This document shows, piece after piece, positions 13,719 through 24,536 of a stretch of DNA of 64,000 nt. The notes under the pieces were generated by a model. That model saw only the letters and a program-made list of their open reading frames with translations. It was not told where the DNA came from and ran no database searches. The stretch covers positions 980,902,001-980,966,000 of the forward strand of contig NW_027362761.1 in the NCBI RefSeq assembly GCF_046119375.1, in the 5' to 3' direction. Both the position numbers and the translations under genes were made by a program. Every line of letters starts with the position of its first letter. The first letter of the stretch is position 1. Source of the stretch: Phyllobates terribilis. Its lineage: Eukaryota.

Positions 13719-13931
13719 CTCTAAAAGGTAGCAAGGTAATCTTAGAATTGGAAAAAGCCAGACTTATTGTTTCGGGGGTTCTTTTGACCAGCACCACTTT
13801 TTTTTTTTTTTTTTTTTTTTACTAATCTGATCAATAAAAAAAAAAAAAAAAAAGGTATTGCTAGTTGAAAAAAAAGGCCTGAATCAATAAGCCTGGCTTT
13901 TTCCAATTCTAAGATTACTTTGCTACCTTTA
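13719..13931. repeat. Foldback inverted repeat with poly-T/poly-A inner arms
   Basis: 13719-13770 is a near-perfect reverse complement of 13885-13931; T-run ~13798-13820 and A-run ~13835-13853. Confidence 0.8.
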
Positions 13932-14796
13932 GGGTATGTGCACACGATGCAGAAATGAAGCAGAAAATTTCTGCATCATTTCTGCATCTCCCTGGCAGAA
14001 AAAACGCATGCAGATTGTGCATGCGTTTTTCCTGCAGAATACATGCGGATCCACATGCAGATTCACATGCGTTTCCGCATGCAGATTGACAAGCGCTTTC
14101 CAGGCGATTTTAGCATCACTTGGAAAGTGCTTGACAACTAGGTCACACTATATAAATCCATGCAAACAGCATGGATTTATATAGTGTGACCCGAGAGAGT
14201 GTATATACTTACCTCCGATGGCCCGCGCTGTCCTGCTCAATCTGTTCTCCCGGCTGCCGGCAACTTTGAATTGAAAGACCTGCCGACGTCAGCGTCACGT
14301 GACCCGTCACATGACTCTGACGTCACCGCAGGTCCTACAACTCACTGTAAGTGCCGGGAACCAAGCGGGAGCGCTGCGCGGGCCGACAGATGGTAAGAAT
14401 ACATTTATTTTTTATTTTATTCTTCTTTTACAGCTTTTTTAATGGTACCTGGGTGTGGATGAGACTCTCCTCTCCTCCACACCCGGGTACCATCCACACA
14501 TTAGAACGCACCAATTACGCAAGTACAAATGCTGTCTTGCGGAATTGGCGCGTTCTAATGCAAGTCAATGGCGGCGAAATCGCCGCGTTTCCGCAAAATT
14601 AATTGACATGCTGCGGATTTTTGACCGCAGCTTTAACGCTGCGGAAAAATCCGCATCATGGGCACAGCACATGCGGATTTCCATTGGGGAACATTGCTTC
14701 CCTTCTACCATGCGTTTTTCATGCGTTTCCGCGGCGTTTACGCAACTGCAAAAACGCCGCGGAAACGCATGAAATACGCATCGTGTGAACACAGCC
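13932..14796 (+). mobile_element. PIF/Harbinger-type MITE family A, copy 1
   Basis: TTA/TTA 3-bp TSD; GGGTATGTGCACACGATGC...GCATCGTGTGAACACAGCC TIRs; several internal hairpins; homologous to three other copies in the window. Confidence 0.8.
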
Positions 14797-15612
14797 TTAG
14801 AGGGCCATTTGACTGCATTTTCTGTACGTTGCAATAGAAACTGTTGGTGCTATATTAACAAATGGCACAAAATTATTGTAACAACAAATACAGCCCGGCT
14901 TGCTGCTTACAGCCCTGGTCTTTGTGTCACCACATTAGGAGGCAATAGCTGGGATTCTCCCCAGGGAGTACAAATACTAAGAACAAAGGAAACAGCTCCT
15001 AATACTGTAAGAACACTTCATTAGCAAAAAGGAAAGATAGGAGCAAACATCACTGAGAAGGCTCATACCATCACCAGCCCTATACAAGGCAGCCTACTAA
15101 ATAAACTACGGACCACAATGAAGCTGGGAAAGTGTGACAATGAAACTCATCTATAGAATGACAACAAATCATTAGAACTTTGGGCTAATACGGAGATAGA
15201 TAGATAATTTATTTATAATATACACACATACTAGAAAGTGCATTATACACCATTCCCAAAGGTAATTTCTAGCCTTATCCTAGCAGAAGATTCCTCCTGC
15301 TTGTGTTGGGACAGGTTCTCTTGGTGATGTATAGTATAGATACACTTGGATGAGCCTTTCCCTTCATGTTTGCAAACTATGCACCAATTCCCCTATAGGC
15401 ACCCACTAGTCATGCATATAGCGGGTGCATGTACTGGCTACATGGCAGCATCTGTCCTGCACTACCAGTCCGCAGTATAGCTTGCACTGCATCGTATCCA
15501 AGTCGACACTGGCTACACCATTTGCTTGGGGTACGGGGAGACTTTCTGTAGCGACTTTCCAATATTAACTATTGAGTGACCGTAGCAGTTCACATGAGTG
15601 CATTGTGTACCA

Positions 15613-15938
15613 CAGGGCTGTGGAGTCGGAGTCCATTTTGGTGGAGCCGGAGTTGGTATAAAATGGATTGACTCCTACTCCTAAAATATATAATAACTTG
15701 GGTACAGTAGTTCAATGCAGTTTGTGGGGAATATTTTTTTCATAAGAATTTGGGAAAGTTATGAAATGTCCTATAAATGTCTGTCCTATTCCTGATCTAA
15801 GGGTCTAGACTTTGAGCCGAGATTAATCTGTGCTACAGTAAATTTATCACTTAAACATGAGCCATGTATGAGGGAGTCGGAGTCTGTGTCATGGAAATCG
15901 AGGAGTCGAATGTTTGGCTTACCGACTCCACAGCCCTG
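15613..15938. mobile_element. hAT-type MITE
   Basis: CAGGGCTGTGGAGTCGG TIRs; perfect 8-bp TSD GTGTACCA (15605-12 and 15939-46). Confidence 0.92.
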
Positions 15939-16551
15939 GTGTACCATGCAACTTAAAGCGTTCCCCTAGAAAGCAGCTCTTTTTTCATGCTACACAACAT
16001 CTCCATGTAGCTACAGCTTAATATCTTACCTGGCCAGTGCCAGGAGTGTCAGGTAGCATTTCCAAAGCTTTGTAAACAATCTACACAACAGCATTCACAG
16101 ACAGGAATGGGCCCCTGTGCAAGAGGAGTGTATGGGTCCTTTGCAGTCCAATTGTTCGGTCTATGACTGCTTTGACTCTGTGTGGCTGCACAGGTTTGCA
16201 CCAATGATAAGTCAGACCCTGACTCTACCAACACTAGTTTTATGTGTGAAATCTGAGGTCTGTGTGTCTAGGGCTCCCTCCAAACACATTGATGGAAAAT
16301 GCGATTAGGGCAATGATAAAGACCTAAAACACAAGGTGCCCCATAAAGGTTAGACAACACCTGACACTATTCTTATAAGCCATTTATGAGGCAAAACCAA
16401 ACAGAATTGTTAGAGAAAATCTTAAAGGTTTATACATCTAAAAAAGGTGCAGATAAAGCACGCAGAAAGCCTGAAGATATGTAAGGGTTTAGTCACAGAG
16501 GTATTGATGCAAAAAAATCCAACATAGGTTTCGGAAACCACATAAAGTTAA

Positions 16552-17785
16552 AGGGGGTTTTCCCAGGAACAAAAGTTGATTTTAATCAATAGATCTGTGA
16601 ATAATAATAATTTCCACAATTGGATGTGTTTAAAAAAAATGTTCCTGTGCTGAGATAATCTTATAAATGTGCCCCTGCTGTGTACTGTGTAATGGCTGTG
16701 TCTGACCATACAGAGACATGGTCTGATCGTATCACATCTCCTGGGCAGGGGAGGAAGGAAAAGAGTATACAGACATTACAGCAGGGGATCACAGCTGATT
16801 CTTTTTGTGAGGTAAAATATTTCACCGTCTGTTTATAAACAATGTTTTACCTCAAAGAAAGAATCAGCTGCGATCCCATGCTTTAGGCTGTGTGCCCACG
16901 ATGCGTTTCTGCACCTGCAGAAACGCATTAAAAACGCATGGTAGAAGGGCAGCAATGTTCCCCAATGATAATCCCCATGTGCTGTGCACATGCTGCGGAA
17001 ATTTCCGCTGCGGATTATCATTGCGGAAAAAAACGCAGCACTACCAATTATTTTGCGTTAGTGCTGCGTCTTCGCCGCCATTGACTTGCATTAGAACGCA
17101 TGGATTACGCATCACTGCATCTGTACTTGTGTAATTGGTGCGTTCTAATGTGCGGATGGTACCCGGGTGTAGAGGAGAGGAGAGTCTCATCCACACCCAG
17201 GTACCATTAAAAAAGCTGTAAAAAAAGAATAAAATAAAAAATAAAACGTATATTTACCTTCCGGCGGCCCGCGCTGCGCTCCTCCTTGCTTCCCGGCACT
17301 TTGTAGTGGATTGAAGGACCCGCGCTGACGTCAGAGTCATGTGACGGGTCACGCGACGCTGACATCAGCAGGTCTTTCAATCCACCGCTGTCGGCAAGGG
17401 AGAACGGAGTGAGAAGGACACCGGGGGCCATTGGAAGGTAAATATACATTTATTTTTTTTATTTTTAACCACTCTCTCGGGTCACACTATATAAATCCAT
17501 GCCATTTGCATGGATTTATATAGTGTGACCTAGTTGTCACAAGCACTTTCCAAGTGATGCTAATCGCTTGGAAAGCGCTTGTCAATCCGCATGCAGAAAT
17601 GTCAGTGAACGCAGAAACGCTCAGGAAAAAATCCGGAGCATTTCTGCTTCGTGGGCACATAACCATAATGTCTGTATACTCCCCCCCCCCCCCCCCCCCC
17701 AAGGGTATGTGGTACGATCAGACCATGTTCCTGTACGGTCAGACAGAGCCATTACACAGTACACAGCAGGGGCACACAATACAAT
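16552..17785. mobile_element. TTAA/T2 (Kolobok-type) palindromic MITE hosting Harbinger MITE A copy 2
   Basis: TTAA|AGGGGGTTTTCCCA start; left arm 16670-16790 mirrors 17665-17780; the outer right arm is missing. Confidence 0.7.
16886..17664 (-). mobile_element. Harbinger MITE family A, copy 2 (inverted)
   Basis: GGCTGTGTGCCCACGATGC left end; reverse-complement homology to copy 1, including the TATATAAATCCATGC hairpin. Confidence 0.8.
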
Positions 17786-18693
17786 GTGTAGTTCTCATTG
17801 AAATCAATAGGAAGCATGCTCAAGGAATCTTCAACAAGGTTTTTGATAAGCATTTTGAAACAGATCTGCATCATAAATGGCATAAAAAGTGAGCAAATTA
17901 AGAGTTTATGTACATGGCAGAGCCGTGTGCGTGGAGCTTCTACGGAGACATTTGCGTGACACAATTTTGCGTCGTTATGATGATCAATGCAAACATTTCA
18001 CAATTTCAGTCACGTTTTCCCTATCACTTCTACCTGCGCAATGAAATATCAGACGTCTCCTCTACAATATTAATGCACAATGTACATGACAGACTGAGGT
18101 TTTTGAAAGAGTATAAAATCAATCTTCCAAACGGCTGGTAACAGGGACGACCTGTAACAGTTGAGCGCGGTCATAGTGCAGTGTAAGGTTAGCCATGTTA
18201 CAGAGCACATTCCTCTCACAGGTATGTCACCGCCACACTGACATCGCTGCCCATTCTGTGTAACCACAACATACACAGAGCAGCTTGTTTACCCTGCTGT
18301 CTCATGTGCTGGGAATGCAAGCAATATTACACAAGTGTTTCACCTCCACAGAATCAGCCATTTCACATAGCAATCACATACAAACAACACAATGCACAAA
18401 TATTTGTGGCAGATCAATATAAAGTCAGCGCTTTCCAAGTTAATTTGTGACCAGTCGGTTATGTGGACTTCTGTGGCTGGTTACCACTAAAGCAGGACCA
18501 GCTTATTTATCCCCTTTTATCTGTGTCATCTATTGTCCTCAAGGCTTCCACCTGAACTTTACCTACTGTAGCACGGGTCCGTGGACCCTGTGACACGTTA
18601 GTGGTTTTTTACTATGCAGCACCTGTACCCGCCCCAAATATACGTATTTTATTGGCTCGATGCCCATTATTAAGGAGGGCTTGTTCCCTCACT

Positions 18694-18737
18694 AATCACC
18701 CCTGATGAAGCTATTGCGAAATGCGCATTGGGTTGTT
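18694..18737 (+). ncRNA. Degenerate minimal type I hammerhead ribozyme motif, probably in a Penelope-like element terminus
   Basis: AATCACCC-CTGATGA-A-GC(TATT)GC-GAAA-TGCGCA-TT-GGGTTGTT; three CpG transitions from GAAACGCGCGTCGGG explain the departures from consensus. Confidence 0.6.
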
Positions 18738-19656
18738 GGTGAGTGAGCAGTGACTATGTTACTCTATATTCATGGATTGCTTATATGCTTAAAGTTGAGG
18801 GATAGTACCCAATTATGTATGTAGGTTTGATTCACAAATACATTGATTTATGATTATGTTGATTATATACTCACTTTGAGTGTACACATATATATATTCT
18901 TTATATATATGTATTTGATGTCACTTTATACCTACAGAATTAGAGTATATACAGTATTGGGCTCTCTCTGTTGCTTACTCACCTTTCTGTGCATCATTAT
19001 ACCTGTTGTTGGATTCCTATTATATTTGTTTGTGTCTTTTATTCAATAAAATTTACATCTTTTTAAATAATGTGGATGTATTTTGGTCCTGGCATTTTTC
19101 TTTTTTCTTTGTTGGATGTATTTATAGGTAATAATGCCCTCTAGGACACCTTATATATACCAGGGATTCGTTGCAGTTTTTTGTAAATTCTAGTACGGGT
19201 CCTGTTTTAGGCCCCATTCAGACATCAGTTATTTTTCTTGTACGCTTCATTAGGCCTAATGCAGACCTTAGTTATCCTTCTTGCAGTTTGGACAGTGCAC
19301 CAAAGTTTCATCAGTTTTTCTCGGATGAAAATAAATAAAAAAAATCTGATTGCTTTCTAATTATTTCACGGAACCATAGACTTGCATTAGCGATTTTGAT
19401 CGAAGAATCTGATCAAGATCAGATGAGTTGTGATATTGTCCAGACCAGTCGGACCGTAAGAAAAAAAAATATATATATACAATGACTAGTGAACAGCCCC
19501 ATCGACTATACTACGTACGAGTTCTAGTCCCCTGAAATATTAGAGGTGGTGGTTCTGAATACAGAAACTCCTCCAACCACAGTGGTCAACTGCCACATGG
19601 TTTTGTTTCACAATTGAGAGACCATTGGTCTTGCCTTGGATCTTTGCCCACACTAA

Positions 19657-20071
19657 GGCCTCATTCACAAGTCCGTATATAAAAACATATACGTGAAAAA
19701 TGGTACTGGTGTCATCAGGGTTTCAGATCAGTGTGGCATCAATGCAAGGTCCATGTGCCGTTTTTACCAAGAGTGTCAGTATTTTTCACAAATGGATAAA
19801 TTACAAAACTTCTATGCTTTGCAATGTTAAATACGGACAGCACACAGACGCCATCCATGTGCTGTACATGATGGTCACTGTCCCATAGACTTGTATTGCC
19901 TCTTTTCATCCGTGATACTGGAGAAAAACAGCTATATGTCTCCATGAAATTTGCACAGACACACTGTCCGTAAAAAAACATGGACATGTGAATAGCACCA
20001 TAGATTATAATGGGTACATGTTCTATCCATGAAAAAACAGGTACGTGCAACACAAATGTCTGAATGAGGCC
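19657..20071. mobile_element. Harbinger-type MITE (GGCCTCATTCA TIR)
   Basis: TAA TSD on both sides; GGCCTCATTCACA...TCTGAATGAGGCC ends. Confidence 0.75.
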
Positions 20072-20436
20072 TAAGGCTGCACCGCCACTGCACCATCTGG
20101 TCATACTCTTACTGCCAGGTTTTCCATCAATTATTGGAGATCGCTGGAGGGCTCAACAGTAGAGAATTTTGTGATAAGTTTACCATCAAGGAACTTTGTT
20201 CACAAGTAGGGATTGTCCAAAGCAGAGAACCCCTTTAAAGCCTCAGGACAGTTGGGGTTTCCACTGATCAAACCCTCAAATTATCATTGAGCACATGAAA
20301 AACTGCCTGAGATTCATCTGTATCGTCATCCATATTCTATCCATATGTCAATTTTTTTACATCAGTGTGACATTTGTATTTATACATAGCACTTGCTCAT
20401 GGTGTGGCTCTGTTTATAAATTGATTGCTTTATTAA

Positions 20437-20879
20437 AGAAACACTCCTCCGGTCAAAGTTTTTATCCCCTTAATATATTGCAGTCATATTATATGGCACT
20501 GTGTACTTACAATTGCTAATTTTTCCTTTCTATCCAGTTAATTCTTCTCTTTTCCATTTAAGTCTACTACATCACTTGATTAAAACTGACTAGATGAATC
20601 CTTCTAAACTCCATCTAGTAACAGAAGATAAGTTTTCCCTGCACAAGTCATGAGTCACTGCAAAATTGGGGAGGTGGGAGGAGAGAGCAGCTGGGTCAGG
20701 AGGTGAAGAGGAGAATGATAAATGCAGGCAAAAGAGACTTCCTGTTTCTACAAAGAGCAGAGAGAGGAGGAGAATTAGCTGGGTAGAAATGTAAAATGAG
20801 CAATTTTAAGTACACAGTGCTGTATAACATTATGATTGCAATATATTAAGAGGATGAAAACTATGATGAGAGTGCTTCT
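20437..20879. mobile_element. TTAA/T2-type palindromic MITE
   Basis: TTAA|AGAAACACTC...GAGTGCTTCT|ATAA; arms are mutually complementary (ttaatatattgcagtcat / atgattgcaatatattaa). Confidence 0.7.
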
Positions 20880-21719
20880 ATAAAGACTGTTTTTTTGCAA
20901 AACTGCGCAAGCAACCGCTTAGAAAGTCATTACAAAGAGGCATCGCTTATTTTTCTTTAGGACACTAAACCAAAACTTTATATTGGCCAAGTTTTATGGG
21001 AATTTTAATTTTGTTCACAACTGCTTTAAAAGGGTATTCTAGTCTACAAAAGTGATCACCTATCCACTGGACAAACTGATGAGCACTATAGCAGATGGAC
21101 AGCCAAGTAGTAGCTGCAAAACAAAGGGGCAATTAAGTGTGGCTGTTTGGCAATTGATGAACAATCACTTAATTTTGTAGGGACACTAGTTTTTCCCACA
21201 AAAAAATGTGCCAATTGCAATTGGATGAGCACGCCATTTTTCAGTAAAAAAAAAACAAAAAAAAACAGCTACTCCTTTCAAAGATCAACGGTTAACCTCT
21301 TACAGATCAGTCATTTTTTCCCATTTGTACTTTTCATTTTTTCCTCACGTTCTTCCAACAACTCTATTTTTTCACAGCCATGGGGACTTGTTTTAAGTGG
21401 AACGAGCCTTAGTTTTTATTGATACTATTTATTTTACTGTATAATATACTGAAAAATGGAGAAAACAAAAAAAAAAAAAAATAATAATCTTCCAAGTGCA
21501 ATGAAATGGTAAATGTAAACAAAACACAAATTTGCCACTGTGTGTGGGGGGGCCGTTTTATGCATTTCATTGAATGTAAAAATGCTAAAATTCAGAAATA
21601 TATTTTTGTTGCTACATTCTGAGACCCACAACTATTAACGTATTTTTCCATCGATAGAGCTGTATGATGGCTTGTTTTAGAGTGCTGAGCTATTTTTTTT
21701 ATTGATATTTTGGAGTACA

Positions 21720-22474
21720 TGTAGGGGGCCAGCCCTTACTGGACATTGAATGACACTGTGGCTTTAAAGTACCATGCTCCCCTCTGGGTTTTGTTGTTGG
21801 ACTAATCGCCTCCCCCCCTCCTGTTGTTTTTGGTTTGTGCTGAGGGAGATGAACCAAGAAGCAGAGAGACCTGGTGTGTGTCTGAGGGAAGGAACAGAGA
21901 GGGTCCTCTGGTTCCCTGATAAGGAGAGACTAGAAAAAGAGGCTGTTCATCTATGGAAAGATAAGCTTCCTGACTTTAGCAAGATTTGTTGCCAGGACTG
22001 TGTCAAAGAGTAGAGAAATTCATCCCTTTTACACAAGTAAATTGATTCGGCACAGTTACACCAGGAACAAGCGTCGGCTGCCATCTGCGTCTGATCTGCT
22101 CAATTGTGAGTGACTCACCAGTGTTGAACTGTTTTCGGGTTAACAATAGTTTTCTTTAGTTAGGACGCTGTAGCAGCATGGCCGAATAGCGGAAAGCCGG
22201 ATAGAGAATTAGCTGAGAGTAGTTTGTGAAACTTAATGTGTACTGTTTATATTGAACTTTCATTGCCATAGCTGGAGAACAGCTTTGTGACTCACTTCAG
22301 GTATATCTTCCTATGTCCATGTTCTTAATATTGTCATTGTAAATACTGTTATTCTCTTCTCATTTTCCGGCATATAATTCCTTTGTACATAATAAAGCCG
22401 GAGTCGGTTCCGCCTTCTCATCTGCTGTGCCGTACTTGAATACTGCCTTGCAGTGTTCTTTAGACACCGATACA
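21720..22474 (+). mobile_element. Solo LTR
   Basis: TGTA...TACA termini; 4-bp TSD TACA (21716-19 and 22475-78); AATAAA at 22391. Confidence 0.75.
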
Positions 22475-22511
22475 TACATGCCATGTTTTAATCGCTATAT
22501 AATCGTAAATT

Positions 22512-22514
<3 letters not shown>

Positions 22515-22579
<65 letters not shown>

Positions 22580-22580
22580 T
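22515..22580. repeat. (CA)n(TA)n compound microsatellite
   Basis: Read directly from the sequence. Confidence 0.95.
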
Positions 22581-22825
22581 GCAATTTTGGAGGGAGGTGC
22601 AGAGAGTAGAAAATAGAAATTCTGGCATTTCAATTATTTTCTCTTAACTGCGTTTACAGTGCGGGCTAATTTCATATTTTCAATATGCAAATTGCCTCTT
22701 CAGAGAAAAAGAGGCCTGGTACTCTATAGCGCCACCTATTGGAAGCAGCAATCCTACAAGTCACAATCAACCCTTTAACGAGTCATGCAATAAGACTTAG
22801 GATAAAAGCCAAATCAGAATCTCAA

Positions 22826-22870
22826 TTTGCAGACAGGGTGTTTCGGGCTGTTGGCCCTCGTCAGTGCAAA
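22826..22870 (-). ncRNA. Type I hammerhead ribozyme with intact core, in a satellite-2/retrozyme-like repeat monomer (~22680-22920)
   Basis: Minus strand: TTTGCA-CTGACGA-GGGC(CAACA)GCCC-GAAA-CA(CCC)TG-TC|TGCAAA. All core nucleotides are present, the cleavage triplet is GUC, and stem I extends by 6 + 12 bp. Confidence 0.88.
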
Positions 22871-24536
22871 GTATGAGATCTGATTTGGCTAGGTGAGAGG
22901 CTCTGGACTGAGGTCTATTTTCAATAGACTTTTAAAAGGGAACCTGATAGGCGATTCATGTGCCTAAATCATGGGCAGCATGCATCAGCCACTGGCTGTA
23001 CGATCAGAGCCATGTATGTTTGTCTCTGAAATGCTGCGGTATTTCAGAGAAAAGCATACTTTTACTAGCGCCGAGCTCTGCCTATGGCCACACTATCAGT
23101 ATTTTTTCTCAGGAGTGGGAGCCAAAACCAGGTGAGGAACAATCAGAGAAAAGGTATAATACAAACAAGTCACCAATTCTGCATTTATCACCCACTCCTG
23201 GTTTTGGCTCCCACACCTAAAACAAAAAATACTGATCGAATACTGACCAAACACTGATAGTGGGGCTGTGGCCTAAATATGCGTATAGGCAGAGGCTTGT
23301 CAGTTACTCTCAGTGGGCAGGGAGAAGCCGCCAGGAACATGCCTGTATGACTAGTGCACAGTGCCACTCAGTTCCAGGCAGCTATTAAAAGTATGTCTTT
23401 CTCTGAAACACCACAGTGTTTCAAAGTCAAACATACATGGCTGTGATCATACAGCCAGTGACTGATAAATGTTGCCCACGGTTTGAGCAGCATGCATCAC
23501 CTGTTAGGTTCCCTTTAAGCAAGGGCTGCATGTCAACTTTGGCAACGACATGTCACGAGGCCACTGCTACATCCCATCATGTTTCAATAGAGTCGCACGG
23601 CTACTATGGCGGTACTGCAACCGCAACAAGTACGCTGCAAAAAAATTGCTTGTAGCAGTATCCTCAGGTTTTTAAAAAATATATATTTATTTTTAATGGG
23701 AAAAAAGGACTTAGATATTTTCTTATATTTTAAAAACATTTTTTTACATTATTAGTCCCATTGATGGACTTGAACATGCGATCTTTTAATCGCTTGTTGT
23801 ATATACTACTATGCCTTAGTATGGCTCTATTTTGAGGCTGCCTGGCTTGTGATCCTGCTCCATACATGTGGACCTTCGCACAGTTGTGAAGTTACATCCG
23901 TACGTACCAAGGGGTTAAATACCGCAACGCTTAATTATCGCTGCAGTTTGGGATCACACCACAGGAGTGATTTGGACGTTCCGTTTTCCTTAGAGGCCAT
24001 TTACAAGGACTGACCCACAACATGATACGACTGCTGATTGGTAAAGTTTTACTGATTGGCAGTCCTTGGAACGTCTGTTTACACAGTCAGATCAAAGTAA
24101 ACGATGTGCACGGAGCGATCTATACTAGATTGCTCAGCGCACATAGGCTGCCATTGTTCTCGGCAGCATGAGTTCTGGTTTACACAGGATGATTCACCCC
24201 CTTTTATGCTGCATGAAACATAATTTCACCAGATGAATGAGCGTGTTGCTAGTCCATCAGGTTTACATGGAAAGATAATTGGGAAACGAGCGTTGCTAGA
24301 AACACTTATCTTGCAGTGTAAATGCCCCTTAACCCCAATTGATAGATAGGGGTGTCTCACGACTAAGATTTTACAGATGGTTAAATCTGGGCACTGCGCT
24401 CGGCCGTCATCATCCCTCCTCAGAGACATTGAATGGGTCAGCAGGGTGCAAGCTCAATCAGTCGCTCGGTTCAAATCTCCCTGCCTATGGTTTAGGTTGC
24501 AGGAGAGAACCAGGTACATAAGTTCCCCGCTCTGAC

